Source: Myxococcales bacterium (GTDB lineage: Bacteria; Myxococcota_A; UBA9042; JABWCM01; BTVJ01). From it: a stretch of DNA of 64,000 nucleotides. Each line of letters starts with the position of its first letter. The stretch's first letter is position 1. Where the stretch lies: the NCBI GenBank assembly GCA_045863395.1, contig BTVJ01000001.1, forward strand, positions 352,001 to 416,000, written 5' to 3'. Of this stretch, positions 21,921 through 30,932 are shown piece by piece. Below the pieces are notes generated by a model, which saw nothing but the letters and a program-made list of their open reading frames with translations, searched no databases and was not told the origin of the DNA. The translations under genes were made by a program, and so were the position numbers.

Positions 21921-23495
21921 TCAGGGGACCGTGACGGTACCGGTGAAGGTGGTGGGGCCAGCGGACGAGCTTGGAGAGAAGGCCCCTGCGGCAGCAGCGG
22001 CGCCGACCCCGGCCCCTGCCACGCCGACGCCGATCAAGGTCCAGACCCACCACTTCTCGTACCACTGCTCGTCGCTCGACGGCCCCGAGATGATGCCCGG
22101 ACCGCTGACGGGGGAGCCGGACTCGGCCAGTGGGTAATCCCCGAGGATGTTCCGGACGTTGGACGGCTGCGTCACGACAGGGGGGACCACCGTCGGAGGC
22201 GGGGTGACGGGATCGCGCGGCTGGACTGGCGTCGGGGCGACCTGCTGGGCCTGCGCCGCGATGGCCTTCTGCTGGCCCTCGCGGTACACCGCGGGGGGCG
22301 GGTCCTTGACGACCCGGCTCATGGGGAAGGCCGCCATGCCGCGGACAAGCGCCTGCTCGCTCTCCAGCAGGTTCACCTGCAGGTTGGTCAGCTCCCGGTC
22401 GAACTTGACTGGCTGCAGCGCGGCGATCTCGCCCTTGCTCTTGTCGTAGAGGAACAGGTTCAGATCGTAGCCATCGGCGGCAGAGGACAGGTACTGGTAG
22501 AGGAGGAAGTCCACGTTCGCCTTCTGGGTGAAGCGTTGGGCGGCCCGCTTGAAGTTGTCGCCGAAGCTGCCGGTCTCCGCGTAGGGGACGAGTGGCTCGG
22601 GGTTGACGAACTCGCCCTCCACGCCCTGGGTGTCGGCGGCGGCGGCGGCGGCGGGCTGGAGCTTCGCGTCCACCTTGACGGTGTCGCTGCCCAGGGGGGC
22701 GCGGACCTGCTCTGCGAAGGTCTCGTAACCGTCTTGCCGGACCTGGACGTAGTGCTCGCCCTTCTGGAGGTCCTTGACGGTGACCGGCGCCGGGCCTCGG
22801 AGGACGCCGTCGATGTACACCTTGGCGCCAGCCGGCGTCGCGGTGATCGTGGTGGTCCCCGGCTTGTAGGTCGAGAACTTCTTCTGGACCTTCTCCAGGG
22901 CGGAGACGAACGCCGGCGAGTGCGTCTTGCGGTCGACGGTCACGTTGGGGCGCAGGCTCACCACCTGCTGGAGCGCGTCCGCGCCGTTGTCCTCGTAGCC
23001 GGCGCCAAAGTAGGCAACGGCCATGTTGAGGTGGGCGTCGACCAGCTTGTCGTAGTCGACGAGCTGGGCGAAGTTGCCCTGGTACAGCTCGATGGCCGAC
23101 TGGAAGGTCTTGACGGCCTCTTTGAAGAGCTTCTTGTCGATCTCCTCCTTGCCCTGCCAGACCAGCTTGTCGGCTTGCTCCAGGTTGGGGTTGGTCTTGG
23201 GCCCCGTAACCGAGACCCCCTCGGAGCGGATGATCAGATCGTCTTCGCGGAGCACCTTGATCTTGTCGCTGACGCTCAAGATCGCAGAGAAGAACTCCTC
23301 GATCTTGACGGCGATGATGCGAGACACGTCCGGGCTCTTCGCGAGCGGGAGCACGTAGAGGCGGATGCGGGAGTCGGGCCTGGGCTGCTGGGCCAGGGCG
23401 ACCGCCGGCCAGGTGGCGGAGATCGTCGCCGACAGGAACATGCCAAGCACGGCCGGTGCCAGCATGCGGAAGCGCTTCGGGTGAAGACTGATCAC
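21921..23495 (-). CDS. PEGA-domain/TPR secreted protein with C-terminal membrane anchor
   Basis: Signal peptide; TPR-like helices; PEGA motif TPAGAKVYIDG...GEHYVQVRQDGYE; Pro-rich linker; WYEKWWVW followed by a Gly/Ala TM helix. Confidence 0.85.
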   Translation of the reverse strand: MISLHPKRFRMLAPAVLGMFLSATISATWPAVALAQQPRPDSRIRLYVLPLAKSPDVSRIIAVKIEEFFSAILSVSDKIKVLREDDLIIRSEGVSVTGPKTNPNLEQADKLVWQGKEEIDKKLFKEAVKTFQSAIELYQGNFAQLVDYDKLVDAHLNMAVAYFGAGYEDNGADALQQVVSLRPNVTVDRKTHSPAFVSALEKVQKKFSTYKPGTTTITATPAGAKVYIDGVLRGPAPVTVKDLQKGEHYVQVRQDGYETFAEQVRAPLGSDTVKVDAKLQPAAAAAADTQGVEGEFVNPEPLVPYAETGSFGDNFKRAAQRFTQKANVDFLLYQYLSSAADGYDLNLFLYDKSKGEIAALQPVKFDRELTNLQVNLLESEQALVRGMAAFPMSRVVKDPPPAVYREGQQKAIAAQAQQVAPTPVQPRDPVTPPPTVVPPVVTQPSNVRNILGDYPLAESGSPVSGPGIISGPSSDEQWYEKWWVWTLIGVGVAGAGVGAAAAAGAFSPSSSAGPTTFTGTVTVP

Positions 23496-23765
23496 GGCTC
23501 GCCTCGCTCGGATACAACCCTGGAAGGGGGTACGCTGAACTCCTCGCCGGCCCCCGCGTTGGACGGGCGCTCACGACGCGAGGCGGCAGATGCTACCAAA
23601 CACGAGGAGAAAAGGTCAACGAAGCTGTGGGATTCCAGACGACGCGGCGCTCCGGCGTGAGACCCGGTCCCGTTGGGGAGAGAGCTGTGGGCACGAGGGG
23701 CGTTGCTGGCCGCCGGTTGCCCCGCCCCCTCGACGTCCGCGTGAACCCGGGCTAGCATCGCTCGG

Positions 23766-24905
23766 ATGTCACAGGCCCCCCCGGAACAGGACGCTCCCTC
23801 GCCTGCGGCCCCGACGCCCCGCCGCGCCGCCTGGACCGCCGTGGCGGCGTGGGGCGCCACCGTGGTCGTCATCACGGCGCTGACCGCGCTGTCGCCGTTG
23901 AGCAGCCTGCTGATGGAGAACCTCCAGGTCGTGGCGGCGGCCATGTTCCTGTACCTGCCCACCTGGCTCATCGAGCGCCAGGGGGCCGACCCGCTCACCC
24001 ACGGGCTCCACGCCCGAGATCCGTGGCGCCAGGGTGCGGTGCTCGCCGTGGTCGCGGTGATCGTGTTCCCCCTCTTCGGGCTCGGGTTTCACGCCTGGCA
24101 GAGCCTCGTCCGAGAGCGATCACTGAGGGCGGATGGGGAGGTGCTGGTCCGGTGGCCGCGGGAGCTGGAGGACCGGCCCACGCTGCCGACGAGGCGCCCC
24201 TACGCCATCTGGGACGAGCGGGGGACGCTGACGGTTACATGGCGCGAGGCCGACCGCACCACGCCCGTGGACGTGGAGGTGGCCCTGGACGCGCCTCCGG
24301 AGTCCGTCGTATCCGTGGAAGTCCGAGGCAGTGCGCTCTACACGCGTGCCCTGGGCGGCAGGGGTCCCGTCGCGCGGTGGCCGTCGGAGGAGACTGCCGT
24401 CCGGGTGCGCGGAACCGCCGCAGGGGGAGTGCGCGTCGAGGCACACGCTGCGCGCACGGCCGAGGTGACCTTGCGCCGGGGTGACGAGGTCGTGCGGGGC
24501 AGCGACATCGCGCTCGGGAGGTGGGAGGTCGGCGCAGACGATCCGCCCCTGCGCTTCGAGCGGGGGTGGTGGTGGCTGGTGACCCTGGTGCTCATCCAGG
24601 TGCTCGTCGTCGGGCTCCCCGAGGAGGTGTTCTATCGTGGGCTGCTCCAGACGCGCCTCGGGGTGGTGCTGCCCGCGCACGTGCGGCTCTTCGGGGCGCC
24701 GTTTGGCGCCGCGAACGTCGTCACGTCGGTCCTCTTCGCGCTCGGCCACTACCTCGTGGAGCTGGACCCGGGGCGCCTGGCCGTGTTCTTCCCCTCGCTG
24801 CTCTTCGGCTGGATTCGGGACCGGACCGGCTCAGTCGCCGCTGGGGCGGTGCTTCATGGCGCCAGCAACGTCCTCCTCACCCTGCTGTCCCGCATGTACG
24901 TGTGA
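23766..24905 (+). CDS. CPBP/Abi-family intramembrane glutamic protease (myxosortase MrtC-like) with inserted soluble domain
   Basis: PEEVFYRG, FALGH, RLAVFFPSLLFGW and HGASN motifs. Confidence 0.85.
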   Translation: MSQAPPEQDAPSPAAPTPRRAAWTAVAAWGATVVVITALTALSPLSSLLMENLQVVAAAMFLYLPTWLIERQGADPLTHGLHARDPWRQGAVLAVVAVIVFPLFGLGFHAWQSLVRERSLRADGEVLVRWPRELEDRPTLPTRRPYAIWDERGTLTVTWREADRTTPVDVEVALDAPPESVVSVEVRGSALYTRALGGRGPVARWPSEETAVRVRGTAAGGVRVEAHAARTAEVTLRRGDEVVRGSDIALGRWEVGADDPPLRFERGWWWLVTLVLIQVLVVGLPEEVFYRGLLQTRLGVVLPAHVRLFGAPFGAANVVTSVLFALGHYLVELDPGRLAVFFPSLLFGWIRDRTGSVAAGAVLHGASNVLLTLLSRMYV

Positions 24906-25868
24906 GGCCAGGGGGGCATCGACGAGGCGGGCCCCTCTTGGGTCCACCTGAGCGTGCCACGGGCGGGCCTCGATACCGGCGCTGCCGAGCGCGGCGGCCA
25001 TGGCTCGCGCTGCGCGCGCTGCGGCCGCCTCGCCACGCGCGAGGGCAAAGAGCGTGGGCCCTGACCCGCTGATGCTCCCCGCGAGCGCCCCCGCTGATCG
25101 GGCGGCCTCCATGGCCGCCTCGAAGCCGGGGATGAACCGTCGCCGCGCTGGCTCCGCGATGCGGTCGGAGACCGAGCGCCCGAGGCGATCCAGGTCGCCG
25201 TCGTAGAGGGCGCTCGTCAGAGTGGCGAGGTGCGCCGCCTGGTGGACCGCATCCGCCACCGTGACGTGCGTGGGGAGCGCGCGGCGGGCGTCGAGGGTCC
25301 GTACCTCGATGGCCGGGTGGACGAGGCCGAGCCAGAGGTCGCTGGGCACAGGGAGGCTGACGGTCTCGGGGGGGGTCGCGGGCCGGATCAGGATGATCCC
25401 ACCCAGCAAGGCGGGCGCGACGTTGTCCGCGTGGGGGCTCCCAGATGCAGCGGCCTCTCCTTGCATGCACGCGTCCAGCAGGGCTGAGTCGGGCAGCTCG
25501 GGGCACACGAGGGCCCGGGTTGCAAAGGCGGCTGCGACAGCGCTGGCCCCACTGCTGCCGAGTCCGCTTCCGAGCGGCAGGCCCTTGTGGATCCACAGCG
25601 CGACTCCCTGGTCGGGCCGTCCCGCGTGGGCGAGCACCGCACGGGCGGCGACCCCGGCGGTGTTGCTCGCCGGGTCGAGGGGCAGGCGCCCCCCGTCGCC
25701 GTGGATCGCCTCTATGCGCACTCCAGGCAACGTCATCATTTGCGCACTAATTACATCACCAATCCCCGCGACGGCGAGGCCCAGGCAGTCGAAGCCTGGA
25801 CCCAGGTTGGAGAGGGTCGCGGGGGCGAATGCGGAGACTCGGAGACGTTCGGGCGTGTCGGTTGCCAT
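24831..25868 (-). CDS. thrB: Homoserine kinase
   Basis: PATLSNLGPGFD, PLGSGLGSSGAS, HADNVAP, ISGSGPT. Confidence 0.93.
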   Translation of the reverse strand: MATDTPERLRVSAFAPATLSNLGPGFDCLGLAVAGIGDVISAQMMTLPGVRIEAIHGDGGRLPLDPASNTAGVAARAVLAHAGRPDQGVALWIHKGLPLGSGLGSSGASAVAAAFATRALVCPELPDSALLDACMQGEAAASGSPHADNVAPALLGGIILIRPATPPETVSLPVPSDLWLGLVHPAIEVRTLDARRALPTHVTVADAVHQAAHLATLTSALYDGDLDRLGRSVSDRIAEPARRRFIPGFEAAMEAARSAGALAGSISGSGPTLFALARGEAAAARAARAMAAALGSAGIEARPWHAQVDPRGARLVDAPLASHVHAGQQGEEDVAGAMKHRPSGD

Positions 25869-26182
25869 GGTGGGCAAAGGTACCCATCGCGTCCGGCAAT
25901 GGCAACGGGAGCGGCCGAGCTGCTCAAGGGGTCAGCTCCGGGGGGCGGCATCGCCAGGCCCGTCAGGACCGCCACCGGATGGCAGGTCGTTGACATGAAG
26001 CGTGCGGAGGCGGACACTTCGGGTAGCCCCACCAAGAGGGTCTGGCCGATGTGGCCCTTCGCTCGCGCGGCATCGCGCGTGCCGGGCTGCGGATCACCGC
26101 GGGAGCGCTCGGGATGGTTCCGGGACAGCAAGGATCGGGTCCAGACACGCGGGACGACGGTCACCAACAGACCGAGACTTCA

Positions 26183-26842
26183 GTGGCCCGCTCCGCACCA
26201 CTGGTGCTGGTCATCGACGACGAGGTGTCTGTGCGACGCCTGGTGCGGGCGACGCTCACAAAGGCCGCCTATCGGACGGTCGAGGCCGACAACGGCCGCG
26301 TGGGCCTGGACCTCGCCTGCCAGGTGCTCCCCGACCTGATCATCCTCGACATCCAGATGGACGAGCTGGACGGTGTCGAGACACTGAAGCTGCTGCGACG
26401 CACCGAGGCGACCCGAGACATCCCGGTCATCATGGTGACCGCGCTGGACGACGCACTCACGACCGTCACCTGCCTCAGAGAGGGAGCCAACGACTTCGTC
26501 AGCAAGCCCTTTCACCGGGAGGAGCTGCTCGCGAGGGTCCGGGCCCACATCCACGCACGGGGGGCGACCCGGCTCCGGGCGCTCCTGGAGTTCGCGGGGG
26601 CGGCGTGCCACGAGATGAACCAACCGCTGCAGGTGATTCTGGGGCATTGTGAGCTTCTCTCCCAGGCCCCCCTCGGCGAGCCGCACGACAGGCACATCCG
26701 CGCGATCGAGGAGGCGACACGTCGCCTCGCGACCATCGTCGGGAGCATCCGGCACATCGACCGCTACGAGACCAAGTCCTACCTCGGCGAGTCGCGCATC
26801 CTGGACCTCCAGGAGAGCGGCGCCACCAACTCGAAGCGCTGA
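26183..26842 (+). CDS. Response regulator with C-terminal HisKA-like dimerisation segment (start uncertain)
   Basis: REC domain (VIDDE, LDIQM, KPF) followed by CHEMNQPL H-box; no HATPase domain. Confidence 0.85.
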   Translation: MARSAPLVLVIDDEVSVRRLVRATLTKAAYRTVEADNGRVGLDLACQVLPDLIILDIQMDELDGVETLKLLRRTEATRDIPVIMVTALDDALTTVTCLREGANDFVSKPFHREELLARVRAHIHARGATRLRALLEFAGAACHEMNQPLQVILGHCELLSQAPLGEPHDRHIRAIEEATRRLATIVGSIRHIDRYETKSYLGESRILDLQESGATNSKR

Positions 26843-26883
26843 GCGGTCGCTCTTTCAGGGAGCGGGGATCTGGCATCTTACCG

Positions 26884-28839
26884 CTAGAGGCGAAAGAACT
26901 GCCTGATCTTCTTGATGATTGTGTCCTGCTCATCGGCGAGGTGGCGAGAGGCGTCGGCGTCGCGTTGACGGCTGGAACGTGCGTCCAGGGAGGCCCGCCT
27001 CTCGGCGAGGACCTTGCCGATGGCGGCGATCAGCTCCTCGTTGGCTGCGATGATCGAGAGGAAGGCCCCCCGGTCGATGACGTGAAGGCGGGTATCGCGG
27101 GTGGCCACCACCGTCGCCGTGCGGCTCTCGCCCGTCATCAGCGACATCTCACCGAAGAACTGACCCGCCCCGAGGGTCGCCACCACATGGTCCTGGGCGG
27201 CGCTGGCGACGCGGACCTGGACCTCGCCCTCCGCCACCACATAGAACGAATCGCCCTGGTCGCCCTGGCGGATGATCACCTCTCCGCGGGCGTAGCCGCA
27301 CGTCCGAGCACGCCGAGCGAGCTCGTCTCGCTCGTGCTCGGACAGGGGCGCGAGGAACGGCACGTCGTCCAGGGCTGCCCGGCGACGGCCCACCTCTCCT
27401 CGCTCGACGTCCCGCGCGTTGTCGGGGGCGGCGCTGAAGACGTTGATGTCCTGGACCGGGAAGGGGATTCGGATCCCGTCGCGGCGAAGCTGGTACCAGA
27501 TACGGCCGAGCACCTGGTCTTCGATGGGCTCGCGCTCGCGAAACGCGTCGATGAAGAAGTAGACGCGATAGATGATGCAGTAGTCGAGGTACTCGACGAT
27601 GAGCACCTGAGGGCTGGGATCGTGCAGGACCCCGGGGACGTCGCGGATACCCGCAAGGATCGACTCCTTCGCAGTGTTTGGCGCCACGTCGTAGGGGAGC
27701 CCGAGCTTCACCTTGCGGCGGTGGGTGGGGGTGGGTGCGCTGAAGTTGATCAGCGGCTCGCGCGTGAGGACGTTGTTCGGGATGACCACCACGTCTCGAT
27801 GGGCCGTCAGGATCTTGGTCGTGCGCCAGTTGATCTCTACGACCTGGCCGGTCTGCTCCCGGAACTGGATGAACTCCCCCACCTCGAAGGGCTTCTCGAC
27901 CTGGATGGCGAGACCCGAGATGATGCTCGACAGCGTCTCCTGGAGGGCGAAGCCGATGATCGCGGTCAGGACCGCCGATGTGGTCAGGATGGAGGTCAGG
28001 TTGACCCCAGCCTTGCCCAGCACGAGGATCAACGTGACCACATAGATCACGATCATACCGATGTCGCGGAGGATGACCGGCATCTCTACGCGGCGGTAGC
28101 GCCCCAGGAACACGTCCACGACGCCGACGACAAGTGCCTGGATGGCCCCGAGCACGAGCACGAAGAGGCTTACGAAGTAGAGGACTTGATACACCTCGGG
28201 CCACGCCAGCCGGGCGAGGACCACAAGCACGAAGAGCCCCAGATACGCGATGAGGATGTTGGCTGGCGTCCGCAGCCGAGCGGCCGCAGGCTCATGGCGA
28301 AGGAGGAACCGCACGAGGACGGTCCCCAGCAGGAAGACGAGCGCAAAGACGAGGCCTGCGGAGATTGGGCGGATCTCGCGCAGCACACGCGTGAACAGTG
28401 AGGGGCGGGGCTCCATCAATCGCCCGAAGAGGGCGCGGTCCTTTGCCAGCCACTCGACGAGGGGCGAGATCCAGGGCTCGTCGAAGGCTCGGCGAGCGAG
28501 CCGCACGGACGCCTCCGGCGCGCGGCGGGTGACTGCGAGGGTGGTCGTGGGTGTTTCCCTGTGCGGCTCCCGGCGGGTGAGGCGATCCTCACGGCCTTGG
28601 GTGCGCAAGCGCTGGGGTTGGGCAGGCGCGAGTGCCGGCGGGGTGAGGACGTCGGGCGCCGAGTCGGCGTCAGCATCCGCGGGGGCGGAGGCTGACGAGC
28701 CGGGGGTAGCCGCATCCACGCGCTCCGCCGCGTCGAGCGACGCCCCTGCGTCGAGAGGCTGCCCGGCAGTGTCCGAAGCGAGGGCCACCAGCAGCGCGCA
28801 CCAGAGAGCCTTCGGCACCCACCCGAGTCGTCCCACCAT
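26884..28839 (-). CDS. MscS-family mechanosensitive channel with C-terminal cNMP-binding domain (start uncertain)
   Basis: IGFALQETL, GQVVEINWRTT, IPNN; cNMP motif FFGEMSLMTGESRTATV. Confidence 0.9.
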   Translation of the reverse strand: MVGRLGWVPKALWCALLVALASDTAGQPLDAGASLDAAERVDAATPGSSASAPADADADSAPDVLTPPALAPAQPQRLRTQGREDRLTRREPHRETPTTTLAVTRRAPEASVRLARRAFDEPWISPLVEWLAKDRALFGRLMEPRPSLFTRVLREIRPISAGLVFALVFLLGTVLVRFLLRHEPAAARLRTPANILIAYLGLFVLVVLARLAWPEVYQVLYFVSLFVLVLGAIQALVVGVVDVFLGRYRRVEMPVILRDIGMIVIYVVTLILVLGKAGVNLTSILTTSAVLTAIIGFALQETLSSIISGLAIQVEKPFEVGEFIQFREQTGQVVEINWRTTKILTAHRDVVVIPNNVLTREPLINFSAPTPTHRRKVKLGLPYDVAPNTAKESILAGIRDVPGVLHDPSPQVLIVEYLDYCIIYRVYFFIDAFREREPIEDQVLGRIWYQLRRDGIRIPFPVQDINVFSAAPDNARDVERGEVGRRRAALDDVPFLAPLSEHERDELARRARTCGYARGEVIIRQGDQGDSFYVVAEGEVQVRVASAAQDHVVATLGAGQFFGEMSLMTGESRTATVVATRDTRLHVIDRGAFLSIIAANEELIAAIGKVLAERRASLDARSSRQRDADASRHLADEQDTIIKKIRQFFRL

Positions 28840-29154
28840 CCACGCTCCAGCGGCTTGGCGAGCGCCTCTCTTCAGGCCGCACCCTGGCCGCCCCGGACGC
28901 ACCCGCAGCGTCGTGGCCAGCGTGCCACCTTGCCCGCGCAGCTTCCTATACCGCGCTCGGCTGCATCCCGCAACGACGACGTGGCTCGGCGCTGGACTTG
29001 GACATCCTATGAGAGCTGACGTAGGCTATCGCGTCCGCGCGCCGGCGGGTCGGTGGCGGAGCAGTCGAGGAATACACGCTGCGCCACTCGGGCGCCAGCG
29101 CACCCCAAGGAGGGGGTCGCCCGCCAAGCGACCCTACCCCACACGGATGGAAGC

Positions 29155-29982
29155 ATGACCAGCAGGAATGAGCAGGCCCGCCGGGGCCAGAGCCAGGGGC
29201 ATCACTCCAGGGAGGTGCTCCGGCGCCCTGGCTCGCCAGAGCACCGACCCTACGACGCCAAGACTCCTGGGACGCCCCGGCCGGACGTCACCATCGTCAT
29301 CCCGGTATACAACGAGGCTGGGCTCCTGTCGTCCTCTGTGGTCGACCTGGTCGAGCGCATGCGGGACCTGGACGTCACCTACGAGCTCATCATCACAGAG
29401 AACGGCAGCGTGGATGACACGCTGGAGCTGGCCTACGCTTTGGAGCGCAAGTATCCCCAGCTCCGCGTCCTGCACTCCGGAGAGCCGAACTACGGCAAGG
29501 CGCTGCGCCGCGGCATCATGGAGGCGCGAGGCGAGTTCGTGATCTGCGACGAGATCGACATCTGTGACACGGACTTCTACCGGCGAGCCCTCGCGGTGCT
29601 GCTCAACGAGCAAGCCGACATGGTCGTCGGCTCGAAGCTGCACGCCGACGCGCAGGACAAGCGCCCGCCGTTTCGCCGCTTCGCCAGCCGGGTGATCAAC
29701 TTCATGCTGCAGGTGTTCCTGGACTTCCACGGTACCGACACACACGGCCTCAAGGCCTTCCACCGGGAGCGCCTCCTGGCAACGGTGAACCAGTGCGTCG
29801 TGGATCGGGACCTCTTTGCCTCGGAGTTCGTCATCCGGGCCGAGCGCTCGCGCTTCCGGGTGCTCGAGGTTCCCGTCGAGATTGCGGAGAAGCGGGCGCC
29901 CTCCATCAAGCTCGTGAGCCGCGTGCCCAACGTGCTGAAGAACCTGGCTCGGCTGGTCTGGGTCATCCGTGTGAAGGCTTGA
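29155..29982 (+). CDS. GT2 glycosyltransferase, polyprenol-phosphate glycosyltransferase (DPM1/ArnC-like)
   Basis: IVIPVYNE, ENGSVDDT, NYGKALRRG, DTHGLKAF. Confidence 0.88.
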   Translation: MTSRNEQARRGQSQGHHSREVLRRPGSPEHRPYDAKTPGTPRPDVTIVIPVYNEAGLLSSSVVDLVERMRDLDVTYELIITENGSVDDTLELAYALERKYPQLRVLHSGEPNYGKALRRGIMEARGEFVICDEIDICDTDFYRRALAVLLNEQADMVVGSKLHADAQDKRPPFRRFASRVINFMLQVFLDFHGTDTHGLKAFHRERLLATVNQCVVDRDLFASEFVIRAERSRFRVLEVPVEIAEKRAPSIKLVSRVPNVLKNLARLVWVIRVKA

Positions 29983-30896
29983 CGAGAACTGCCCAGCCCC
30001 GCGTGGCCTCCGTATCGGTGGACATCGACGGCCTCCACCTCTACCACCGCATCCACGGCCTCCCTGAGCCACAGGGGGGCCCGTCCGTTTACGAGACGGG
30101 TGTGCAACGGTTCCTGGAGCTCTTCGCTCGCCACGGGGTCAGGGGGACGTTCTTCGTCGTAGGAGAGGACACCGCCGACCCCCGCGCGCGACGGGTACTG
30201 GAGGACGCAGTCAGGGCGGGGCACGAGCTCGCGAGCCACTCCTTCTCGCACCCTTACGACCTGTCCCTGCGCTCCCCGGAGGCCATCGTTCAGGAGCTCG
30301 CACGCACCGAGGAGGCCATCGCGGAGATCGCTGGCCGACGCCCGAGCGGATTCCGCGCACCGGGGTATAACATCAGCCCGGCGCTCCTGAACGCACTCAG
30401 GAGGCGCGAGTATGCCTACGACTCGTCGGCGTTTCCCTGCCCGGCCTACTACCTGGCCAAGGCCGCGGTGATCGGCGCCTACCGCCTTCGCGGGCGCCCG
30501 ACCCACTCGATCGCCGGAGATCCCCGCGCCATGTTCGCGCCCAGGCTGCCCTACCGCCACAGCTCCTCGGGCGAAGGCCTGCTCGAGCTACCGATGACCG
30601 TTGTGCCGGGACTGCGCCTCCCCGTCATCGGGACCTCCCTGATCATGATGGGGCGGAAGGGTTGGAGGCTGGTCAGGCGGTGGTTGCAGTCGGTATCGTT
30701 CATCAACGTCGAGTTTCACGCGATCGACCTGACCGATCACGTGGGCGACGGGATCGATGACGCGCTGTTGTCCCAACCGGACCAGCGGGTCACCCTCGAC
30801 AAGAAGCTGGAGGTCTTCGACGCGGTCGTCGGAGATCTCGTTCGCGGCTGGGACGTGACCCCCCTGGACCGGGTGGCCCGCCTCTGGGCCGACTGA
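29979..30896 (+). CDS. Polysaccharide deacetylase family protein (CE4/NodB-like)
   Basis: SVDID, GTFFVVG, HELASHSFSH, GFRAPGY, YDSS; TTG start overlaps the GT2 stop. Confidence 0.88.
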   Translation: MTRTAQPRVASVSVDIDGLHLYHRIHGLPEPQGGPSVYETGVQRFLELFARHGVRGTFFVVGEDTADPRARRVLEDAVRAGHELASHSFSHPYDLSLRSPEAIVQELARTEEAIAEIAGRRPSGFRAPGYNISPALLNALRRREYAYDSSAFPCPAYYLAKAAVIGAYRLRGRPTHSIAGDPRAMFAPRLPYRHSSSGEGLLELPMTVVPGLRLPVIGTSLIMMGRKGWRLVRRWLQSVSFINVEFHAIDLTDHVGDGIDDALLSQPDQRVTLDKKLEVFDAVVGDLVRGWDVTPLDRVARLWAD

Positions 30897-30932
30897 TGGC
30901 GAGCGCTGCTCGCGTACTCAAGGAGCCGATGC

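Noticed and set aside
24831..24905. 75-nt convergent overlap of thrB and the CPBP protease as a regulatory feature or frameshift
   Set aside because: Both genes appear complete; tail read-through to a distant stop is common in GC-rich genomes.
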